DNA of 64,000 bases from an uncultured delta proteobacterium (lineage in GTDB: Bacteria; Myxococcota_A; Polyangia; Palsa-1104): NCBI GenBank assembly GCA_963785725.1, contig CAWAWS010000036.1, forward strand, positions 1 through 64,000. The letters are read 5' to 3'. The notes beneath the pieces are model-generated. The model saw nothing but the letters and a program-made list of their open reading frames with translations. It searched no databases and was not told the origin of the DNA. Shown piece by piece: positions 56,634 to 64,000 of the stretch. Made by a program: the position numbers and the translations under genes. Each line of letters starts with the position of its first letter. Positions within the stretch are counted from its first letter, which is position 1.

Positions 56634-56993
56634 CTAGAACAGTCGCGAGGATCTCATGCCGCGCGCGGCGGCGCGGTTGAGGCGGATGCGCTCTTTGCGC
56701 AGCGCCGTGCACTGCGGGCACAGCTCGGCCTGCGTCATCTGCCCCAAGATCGCCGTCGGACGACCGGGACGCTTGCCGCAGCTGCGGCACATCGCGCCGC
56801 GATCGCCGGCCGCCATCGAATCGTCGTCCTCGGCGTCAATGTCGGCCAGCGCGGACTCGTCCGGCTCGACGGGCGCTGCCGCCTTCTGGCGCGCCTTGGC
56901 CTCGGCGCTCCGTCTCGCTACAGCTGCCGGCTGCTTCCGCACGGGCGCTTCGCTCTTTTTCGGGCGTGGCTTGACGGGTCGCACCTTGGCCAT
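56634..56993 (-). CDS. small basic protein with CxxC...CxxC zinc ribbon
   Basis: K/R-rich N-terminus, acidic middle, CRSC and CPQC; TACACT 5 nt before the ATG. Confidence 0.65.
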   Translation of the reverse strand: MAKVRPVKPRPKKSEAPVRKQPAAVARRSAEAKARQKAAAPVEPDESALADIDAEDDDSMAAGDRGAMCRSCGKRPGRPTAILGQMTQAELCPQCTALRKERIRLNRAAARGMRSSRLF

Positions 56994-57088
56994 GCTCCAG
57001 TGTAGCACGCTCGTCGGCAACACGCTCGTGCCAATCGCCACGGGCCTCGCCAACCGCCGATCCGCTGCTACGACGCTGGTTTTACCGA

Positions 57089-58090
57089 CTAACGCTTACG
57101 CGGCGGCGGCGCTTCGGCGATCGCGATGTTGCGCTCGGCGATCTTCTTACGCAGCGTATTTCGATTTAAACCCAACATATCCGCGGCTTTGAGCTGATTG
57201 TTGCCGGTCCGCTCGAGGACCAGCTCGATGAGCGGCCGCTCGACGCGCGAGATGACCTCTTCGTAGAGATCTTCGAGCGGATAGCCTTCCATGCGCTGTA
57301 AGAGCGCGCGGATCTTGGCGCGCACCATCTCTTCGAACGACAGCTGCTCGACCGGCACGCGCTCTTCGACCGGCGGCAGCACGGCTTCGACGTCCGACAG
57401 CTCGACCTGACCGCGACGCTTGCGCAGGCAGAGCCGGCGCACGACGTCGCGCAGCTCGGCCACGTTGCCGGGCCACGAATAGGCGGTCAGCTTGTCGATG
57501 GCGCGCGGCATGAAGTGCAGCTTGTCGCCGCCGATCTCGCGCGACTCGCAGCGCCCGAAATGCTCGAGCAGGAGCGGCACGTCTTCGGGGCGCCGGCGCA
57601 ACGGCGGCAGCGCGATGCGAATGGCGCCCAGGCGCTCGTAGAGCTCGGCGTCGAACAGCTCGTCGGCGACCGCGCGCTGCAAGTCGACGCCGGTGGCCGC
57701 GATGACGCGCACGTCGCAGATCTCCGACGTGACCGAGTTCTTCTCGCGCTCGCGGCCGGGGCCACGCTTGATGGCGCGCAGCAGTTTGCGCTGCGGGCCG
57801 CGACCGACGTGCGCGATCTCTTTGACGAGCAGCGTGCCGCCGTTGGCGCGCTCCAGCTGATCGTCGACCCGCGGCGGCTCGTCATCATCGTCGGGGTCGA
57901 CGCGCACGAAGTCGTTGTGCTTGCGCGGGCCGATCTCGTGCAAGAGACGCGCGACGCGCTCGCGACCGGTGCCGCGCTCGCCTTCGATCAACACGGGGGC
58001 GTCAACAGCTGCGGCGTCCTTGACGCGCTCGCGCAGCTCCGTCATGCGCGCGGACGATCCCAACAGCTGTTCGCGCAACACGAGCGCCAT
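57089..58090 (-). CDS. degenerate sigma-54 activator AAA+ domain with Fis-type HTH
   Basis: VLIEGERGTGRE, ANGGTLLVKEI, LPPLRRRPEDV, YSWPGNVAEL, GNNQLKAADMLGLNRNTLRKKI; no GAFTGA. Confidence 0.88.
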   Translation of the reverse strand: MALVLREQLLGSSARMTELRERVKDAAAVDAPVLIEGERGTGRERVARLLHEIGPRKHNDFVRVDPDDDDEPPRVDDQLERANGGTLLVKEIAHVGRGPQRKLLRAIKRGPGREREKNSVTSEICDVRVIAATGVDLQRAVADELFDAELYERLGAIRIALPPLRRRPEDVPLLLEHFGRCESREIGGDKLHFMPRAIDKLTAYSWPGNVAELRDVVRRLCLRKRRGQVELSDVEAVLPPVEERVPVEQLSFEEMVRAKIRALLQRMEGYPLEDLYEEVISRVERPLIELVLERTGNNQLKAADMLGLNRNTLRKKIAERNIAIAEAPPPRKR

Positions 58091-58099
58091 GGCGGCGTA

Positions 58100-59128
58100 T
58101 TACGCGACTTCGCGAACGAGCTTGTCAACGACAGAAACGCTCGACGATTTCTCTTGCATCAGCGACGAGAAATAGCCGATCGCGATCTCGCGGACTTGAG
58201 CCGGATCGAGCAGGTGAAATGCGCGCTCGCGCACATGCGCCGAGCCAAAAAGTCCCTTCGTGTACCATGCGACAGCCTTACGCAATTCGTGCACCAGGCG
58301 CTTGGGCGGCGAGTGCTGCGCGATGAGATCGATGTGGCGCAAGAACACGTCGAGCCGCTCTTGCAACGTCGGCGATGTCACCGGCTCGTTGCGTAAGCGC
58401 TGCTGGATGCCGCGGAAGAGCCAGGGATTGCCGAGCGCGCCGCGGCCGATCATGACGGCGTCGCAGCCTGTCTCGTCGCGCATACACATGTAATCGTCGA
58501 CGGTGACGACGTCGCCGTTGCCGACGACCGGGACGTGCGCGGGCACGGCGTCGCGCACGCGCTTGATGATGCCGCGATCGGATTTGCCGCTGAAGCCTTG
58601 GTCACGCGTGCGGCCGTGCACGGTGATCATGGACGCGCCGGCGTCGACCATGGCGCAGGCGAACTCGGGCGCGTTCAAGTGGCGCTCGTCCCAGCCGGCG
58701 CGGTGCTTGACGGTGACCGGCTTGTCCGCGGGCACGACCGCGCGCACGGCGCGCACGAGCTCTTGCGCCAGCTCCGGCTCTTTCATGAGCGCCGAGCCGC
58801 ACGCGCCGGCGACGACGCGTTTGGCCGGACAGCCCATGTTGATGTCGACCAGCGACGCGCCGATGTCGACGGCCATTTGCGCGGCTTTGCCCAGCGTCTC
58901 CGGCTCGCGACCGAAGATCTGCACGCCGAAGCGACGGCCATCGAGCGACGGCGTCATCTTGTCGAGCGCCTTGGTCGCGCCTTCGGTGAGCGCATGCGCC
59001 GACAGAAACTCGGTGATGGTGATGCCGACGCCGATCTCCTCGATCACGGTGCGAAACGGCAGATCGGTCACCGCCGCCATCGGCGCCAGCAGCACATTCG
59101 GCTCGATGGTCAAATTCCCGACGCGCAT
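58100..59128 (-). CDS. dusB: tRNA-dihydrouridine synthase B
   Basis: LAPMAAVTDLPFR, VQIFG, DINMGCP, GSALM, VHGRTR, GNGDV, MIGRGALGNPW. Confidence 0.93.
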   Translation of the reverse strand: MRVGNLTIEPNVLLAPMAAVTDLPFRTVIEEIGVGITITEFLSAHALTEGATKALDKMTPSLDGRRFGVQIFGREPETLGKAAQMAVDIGASLVDINMGCPAKRVVAGACGSALMKEPELAQELVRAVRAVVPADKPVTVKHRAGWDERHLNAPEFACAMVDAGASMITVHGRTRDQGFSGKSDRGIIKRVRDAVPAHVPVVGNGDVVTVDDYMCMRDETGCDAVMIGRGALGNPWLFRGIQQRLRNEPVTSPTLQERLDVFLRHIDLIAQHSPPKRLVHELRKAVAWYTKGLFGSAHVRERAFHLLDPAQVREIAIGYFSSLMQEKSSSVSVVDKLVREVA

Positions 59129-59201
59129 GGTCCGGCGATCTAGCACGGAGCGTCGACGGAAACCAGCGTCCAGCATACAGTTACGCCCTATACTTCGATA
59201 A

Positions 59202-59876
59202 ATGCGCGCGCTCATCCTGGAGCATGCCGAGCACGAAAATGCCGGCCTCGTCGGTGAAGTTTTGCGGCAAGCGGGTGTCGCCTGCGACGTCGCGCGGTCG
59301 TGGCGCGGCGAGCGCGCGCCCAATGACGCCGATTACGCGCTCTTGGTCGTGCTCGGCGGCGCGATGGCGGCGTGGGACGACGCGCAGCATCCGTGGCTCG
59401 CCGACGAAGCGGCGCTGCTCGCGGCGCGCGCCCGCGCCGATCGTCCGACGCTGGCCATCTGCCTCGGCGCGCAGCTGTTGGCGCGCGGCTTGGGCGCCGC
59501 CAATTGGCGCGGGCCGACGCCGGAATTGGGCCTGGCGCCGATTGCGCTCAGCGACGCCGGTCGCGCCGATCCGCTGCTGGCGCCGTTCGACGGTCAGCCG
59601 GTGCTGCATTGGCACTCGGACACGTTCGCGCTGCCGCCGCATGCGACGCTCTTGGCCTCGACGAACGCTCACGAGCAGCAGGCGTTCCGCATCGGCCGCC
59701 ATGTCTACGGCGTGCAGTTTCACGTCGAGTGCAGCCGTGCCATGCGCCGCGAGTGGGCCGCGCACGGCGACGCCGAATTGCGCGCGGCCGGCGTCAATCC
59801 GGCGACGCTCGACGGCGACGACGCCATCGACGCCCGCGGCCGCGACTTCGCGCGCGCCTTGTTACGCCTTTTATAG
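59202..59876 (+). CDS. class I glutamine amidotransferase-like protein
   Basis: VLGGAM, AICLGAQL, WHSDTF, GVQFHVE. Confidence 0.9.
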   Translation: MRALILEHAEHENAGLVGEVLRQAGVACDVARSWRGERAPNDADYALLVVLGGAMAAWDDAQHPWLADEAALLAARARADRPTLAICLGAQLLARGLGAANWRGPTPELGLAPIALSDAGRADPLLAPFDGQPVLHWHSDTFALPPHATLLASTNAHEQQAFRIGRHVYGVQFHVECSRAMRREWAAHGDAELRAAGVNPATLDGDDAIDARGRDFARALLRLL

Positions 59877-59917
59877 CGTTGTTGCGCCGCGCCGCCGCTT
59901 CCGCTAAGTTGCGCCGC

Positions 59918-60118
59918 GTGGAGCTCGTCGCCGCATTGCTGTTGTGCTCGTTTTCGGTCGCCGCGCGTGCCGACGAAGGCAAGTCGTCGCCGCGCGCGCA
60001 GGCCAAAATGGGACACGAAGCGCGCGTCTACGTCGTCGACAAGGACGCGCCGTCGGTCGACAAGACGGTGCGCCTCGAGCGGCGCGCGAATCTGCCGTCG
60101 TTCAAAGCCGACAAGTAG
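59918..60118 (+). CDS. small secreted hypothetical protein
   Basis: Signal-like VAALLLCSFSVAARA; TAAGTT 7 nt before the GTG. Confidence 0.45.
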   Translation: MELVAALLLCSFSVAARADEGKSSPRAQAKMGHEARVYVVDKDAPSVDKTVRLERRANLPSFKADK

Positions 60119-60695
60119 CCGTTAATTCCTCGGCGCGCGCCAAGTCTTCGCGCGTGTTGACGTTGAAGATCGCCGGCGCCGCGACGTCGATGTAGCGCGG
60201 ATCGCACGCGTTCACGAGCTCGAACAGGCGCAGCTGATTGGCCGCCAATTGCGCCTGCAGCCGCGGCAAGACCGCGCGCGAATAGCGCGCATGCAGCGGC
60301 TGCACGACCTCGCCGGCGCGCGCGACGATGACCGCGGCATCGGCCGCCGCGGCCACGAACGGCGCCGGCGTGATGAACGGCAGATCGCAGGCGAACACCA
60401 GCAAGTGCGCGGCGTCGCTGGCGGCGAACGCCGCCTCGATTCCCGCGAGCGGACCGCTGCCGGGATGCACGTCCGCGACGACCGGCACGCCGAACGCCGC
60501 ATAAGCCGCGGCGTCGTTGGCGACGATGAAACAGTCGTCGACGTAGGGTTTCAGCGCCGCCAGCTGGCGCGCGACGATCGCCCGACCGCCGACTTCGACG
60601 AGCCCTTTGTGACCGCCACCGAGCCGGCGCGCGCGACCGCCGGCCAAGATGGCCGCTGCCATCGTCGCCGCGTTTGTCGCTTTGGGCGCCGTCAT
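60102..60695 (-). CDS. mobA: molybdenum cofactor guanylyltransferase
   Basis: ILAGGRARRLGG..K, GPLAGI, ACDLPF, QPLHARYS, FNVNTREDL. Confidence 0.92.
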   Translation of the reverse strand: MTAPKATNAATMAAAILAGGRARRLGGGHKGLVEVGGRAIVARQLAALKPYVDDCFIVANDAAAYAAFGVPVVADVHPGSGPLAGIEAAFAASDAAHLLVFACDLPFITPAPFVAAAADAAVIVARAGEVVQPLHARYSRAVLPRLQAQLAANQLRLFELVNACDPRYIDVAAPAIFNVNTREDLARAEELTATCRL

Positions 60696-60713
60696 CGTTT
60701 GTTAGTATGCCGC

Positions 60714-61596
60714 ATGCTCGGCAAACACGAGTTCGTCCGCTCGCACGGTCTCGGCAACGATTACCTCGTCGTCGACGGCGCCACCCTCGGTTTCGAGGTG
60801 ACGCCCGAGCGCACGCGGCTCATCTGCGATCGCAACCGCGGCGTCGGCTCCGACGGAATCCTCGTGCGCGTGCCGGCGCCGAGCGGCTTCGACGCCGCCG
60901 TCCGCATCTTCAACCCCGACGGCTCGGAAGCGGAGAAGAGCGGCAACGGCACGCGCATCTACGCCAAATTCTGCTTCGATCACGGCTATCACGAAGGCGA
61001 CAGTATTCGCTTACATACGATCGGCGGCGCGGTCTCCGCGACGTTGATCGCGCGCGAGCCGGACCGCACGTTGTTGCGCATGTCGATGGGCCGCGCGAGC
61101 TTCCGATGCGCCGACTTGCCGATGGACGGCCGCGGTCGTGACGAGTGGATCGAGCAGCCGCTCGTCGTCGGCGATCGCACGTTTGCCGCGACCTGCGTGT
61201 CGGTCGGCAATCCGCACACGGTGCTCTTCGACGCGCCGTTCGACGAGGCCAGCGCCCGTAAATATGGGCCGCTCGTCGAGAATCACGCGCAGTTTCCCAA
61301 TCGCACCAACGTGCAGCTGGTCTCGGTCGTCGACCGCGCGACGGTCAAGGCGCTGATTTGGGAGCGCGGCGCCGGCTGGACGTTGGCGTCGGGCACGTCG
61401 AGCTGCGCCGTCGCCGCGGCGTGCGTGCGCGCCGGCTTGACCGATCGGCGCGTGCAGGTCGTCATGCCCGGCGGCACGCTCGAAGTCGTCGTCGGCCAAG
61501 ACGACGATGCCTGGCAGCTCGAGCAGGTCGGCTCGGCGCAAGAGGTGGCCGTCGGCCGGCTTGTCGTCGGATCTCTTGGCGTCGCTAGGCGTTTAG
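60714..61596 (+). CDS. dapF: diaminopimelate epimerase-like protein, Ser/Ser active site (probable 1-nt indel near 61560; ORF as given runs to 61622)
   Basis: HGLGNDY, GVGSDG, IFNPDGSEAEKSGNG, SVGNPH, FPNRTNV, WERGAGWTLASGTSSCA, MPGG. Confidence 0.85.
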
Positions 61597-61599
61597 CGG

Positions 61600-62377
61600 C
61601 TATTTGCCGGGCGGCGTCGTGAGCGCGGCGGCGCCGACGCCGACGCCGAAGCTGGTCGTGCTCGTCGGCGTCACCAGCGACCACGAGACGGTCAGCGTCT
61701 GTCCGGGCGAGTTGGCGGCGAAATCGATCGTGTACGCGAAGCCGTGATCGATGGCATCGGTCGGCGACTGCGTGCTCGAGAACGGCGGCTGCGAGTTGTC
61801 CGACAAGGAGACGTCGAACCGCGCCGACGCGCTCAGCACCGCCACGTAGACGATGAGCCGGCGCGGCATTGACGCCCGCCGGCACATGCAGCGTTTGCCC
61901 GCCGTTCGAGACGAAGACGTCGGTGTTGCTGCTGGTCGCCGTCATCTGATGGCCGGCGCCCGTCGCGCCGTCGCTCCACGAGTACTGCATCGCCGTGGCG
62001 GTGGACTGCATCTGCGCGCCGCTGTTGGGGAGCGCCGTCAAGGTCGAGATGCGCTGACCGCCGGTGGCTTTGTCGTCGAACGAGGTGGCGCTGCTGAAGC
62101 CGTAGTGCGCCCAATCGATGGTGCCGACTTGCGTGAGATCGATGGTGCCGCTCATGGGCGTGCTGGTGACGAAGAGCTCCGAAGGCGGCGTCAGATCGGG
62201 CGGCGGCGCCAGATCCGGAACCGCGGCCGGTGGCGCCAGATCGGCCGGCAGATCATTCGTTGCCGGCGGCGCCAGATCGGCGGTGACGGACGCGTCCGCG
62301 GCCGTGGCGGAGCTGCCGTCGACCCGAAATTGACAGCCGGTCAAGGCGCACGCGGCGATGAGCGTCAATCCCCGCAC
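61600..62377 (-). CDS. lipoprotein with DLAPP linker and beta-rich domain (frameshift near 61870)
   Basis: Lipobox LTGC; IDLTQVGTIDWAHYG; continues RRLIVYVAV in the second frame; TACAAT 6 nt before the GTG. Confidence 0.7.
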
Positions 62378-62413
62378 CCGACCATTGTAACAGATGGCGC
62401 TCGCGGAAAGACG

Positions 62414-63193
62414 TCAGAAAGCGCGGCTCTGGCCACCATCGACGACGATGCTGGCTCCGTGGATCCACTGTGCGCGCGGCGAGCACAGGAAGGCGACGAC
62501 ATCGGCCACTTCCTCGGGCGCGCCGAAGCGGCCGAACGGCAGCTCGCGGGCGACGAAGGCGGCGATGCCGTCGGGATCGGCCTTTTGGCGGCGCTCCCAG
62601 CCACCGCCGGCGAACAGGATCGAGCCCGGCGCGACGCTGTTGACGCGGATGTTGTCGCGCGCCAAGTCGTGCGCCATGGCTTTGGCCAGCGACTGCTCGG
62701 CGGCTTTGGCGACGTTGTAGGCGGGCGCGCCGCCGGCTTCGCGGCCCCAAATGCTGGTGATGTTGACGATGACGCCGCCGCCGCGGGCGCGCAGTTCGGG
62801 CAAGGCGGCGCGGGCGCAGCGGAATGCCGGCCACAAGTTGCGGTCGAGCGCGGCGGCGAAGTCGGCGTCGTCGACGTCGTGGAAGTCGCGCGCGCCCGAG
62901 CCGCCGACGTTGTTGACGAGGATGTCGAGCCCGCCGAACGCCGCGCGCGCGCCGTCGGTGAGCGCGCTCACGCCGGCGGGGGTGGTGACGTCGCACAGGA
63001 TGCCGCGCGCGTCGCCGCCGGCCGCGCGCGCGCGCGCTTGCGCGGCGGCGACGGCGTCGTCGAGCGCCGGCGGCGTGCGCGCGCTCAGGACGACGCGGCA
63101 GCCTTCGCCGGCGAGCGCGAGCGCGATGGCGCGTCCGATGCCGCGGCTGGAGCCGGTGACGACGGCGATTTTGCCCGCGAGGCCGAGTTCCAT
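62414..63193 (-). CDS. short-chain dehydrogenase/reductase
   Basis: TGSSRGIG, LVNNVG, YNVAK, NIRVNSVAPG, GRFGAPEEVA, VDGG. Confidence 0.95.
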   Translation of the reverse strand: MELGLAGKIAVVTGSSRGIGRAIALALAGEGCRVVLSARTPPALDDAVAAAQARARAAGGDARGILCDVTTPAGVSALTDGARAAFGGLDILVNNVGGSGARDFHDVDDADFAAALDRNLWPAFRCARAALPELRARGGGVIVNITSIWGREAGGAPAYNVAKAAEQSLAKAMAHDLARDNIRVNSVAPGSILFAGGGWERRQKADPDGIAAFVARELPFGRFGAPEEVADVVAFLCSPRAQWIHGASIVVDGGQSRAF

Positions 63194-63203
63194 GGGCGCG
63201 ACG

Positions 63204-63762
63204 TTAACACGACGTGCAGCGGCGCGACGGCCGCGAGCCTTCGAACGGGGCGGCGGCAGCGGCGCGGCGGCAGCGCGGCAACTGCGCACGGCGGCGCGTT
63301 GGCGCGGCGGAATCCAAGAGCAGCTTGCCGAGACCGCGCACGAGCGGAGACGCGCCGGCGACCAGCAGCGCCGTCCATAGCCGCTTGGCCAACGACGGCG
63401 GCGCGGCGCTGCACGCGCTCGGCGAGCTGCCAGGAGCGCGCGATAGTCGTGCGAGCCGACCGCGCAGCCGCGCCAGCGGCCGTCGCGCCGCGCGCCGCCG
63501 CGCGATCGCCGCGTACGTGCCGAGCGCCAACGCCAGCACCACGCCCGACGCCAGGCTGATGAGCGACGCGCGGGTGCGCCGCGAGCTGCTTGGGCACGTC
63601 GGTGATGCGCTTGACGCTGGCGAACGTCTCCTTCACTTGCGCCGCCCGCGCACGCAGCCGCCGCTCGAGCTCGGCCACGATCTTCTCGGTGCGATCGCGC
63701 AGCGCGTCGACTTCGGCCTCGACGGCGACGAGCTCGTTCAGGTCGTCCGGTACGCGGCCCAT
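63204..63762 (-). CDS. hypothetical coiled-coil/membrane protein (frameshifted, 3' end uncertain)
   Basis: MGRVPDDLNELVAVEAEVDALRDRTEKIVAELERR after an AAGGAG SD; hydrophobic segments in another frame. Confidence 0.45.
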
Positions 63763-64000
63763 GGGCGCTCCTTCGTCAGCGTGTTGCGCGCCCACGTCCA
63801 GGCCGCGACGAGCAGCATGGCCGCCATCGGCACGAGCGCGAGCCACACGTGGCCCAGCCACAGCTCGCCGACGGCGCCGCACAAGCCGGTGGCCAGCAGC
63901 ATCAGGCCGCCGAACGCGAAGACGTCGCCGACCGCGGCGTTCGCTCGCAGCGCGTGCAACGCCTGCTCGGGCGTGAGCCGTGACGAGGACGAATTGGCGC
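63738..64000 (-). CDS. partial 2-TM membrane protein (YqjE/holin-like), runs off the window
   Basis: FAFGGLMLLATGLCGAVG...WLALVPMAAMLLVAAW; stop overlaps the next gene. Confidence 0.4.
   Translation of the reverse strand, partial: ANSSSSRLTPEQALHALRANAAVGDVFAFGGLMLLATGLCGAVGELWLGHVWLALVPMAAMLLVAAWTWARNTLTKERPWAAYRTT

Noticed and set aside
57014..57040. Sigma-54 promoter (TGGCAC...TTGC) upstream of the zinc-ribbon gene
   Set aside because: GG-to-GC spacing is 2 nt too long; a TACACT -10 next to the ATG explains the gene better
63738..64000. Holin-like gene as evidence of a prophage
   Set aside because: Truncated, YqjE-like membrane proteins are common chromosomal genes, and there are no phage genes nearby

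Overview
This is a GC-rich bacterial chromosomal window. Gene content (Cys-rich lipoproteins, a TPR/lipoprotein pair, split nuo operon, sigma-54 promoters) suggests Myxococcota, possibly Polyangia-like; that placement is an inference. Core content: tig-clpP-clpX-lon, tRNA-Arg(TCG) and tRNA-Lys(CTT), hemF, kdsC-like/anmK, a GAF-GAF-PAS histidine kinase, a GAF-GGDEF cyclase, a DUF2760 plus two atypical Hsp70 operon, rlmM, a DUF692 (MNIO) enzyme with partner and fdhD, typA, nuoE-F-J-K-L-M-N, dusB, mobA and a dapF-like gene. No integrase, transposase, prophage, CRISPR array or rRNA was seen. Several conserved genes (lon, clpX, both Hsp70s, nuoL, nuoK, AKR) have clustered frameshifts that look like sequencing indels. 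Best leads: (1) a divergent MNIO/partner pair with no adjacent precursor peptide, apparently co-transcribed with fdhD; (2) dusB followed by a degenerate sigma-54 activator with a Fis-like tail; (3) a Ser/Ser DapF; (4) NuoL fused to a PKD-like domain; (5) a degenerate NuoE-F fusion; (6) a RAPP-containing secreted uORF; (7) pervasive leaderless and bidirectional -10 promoters; (8) two unexplained DNA repeats. All family calls come from motif recognition by eye, not from database searches.
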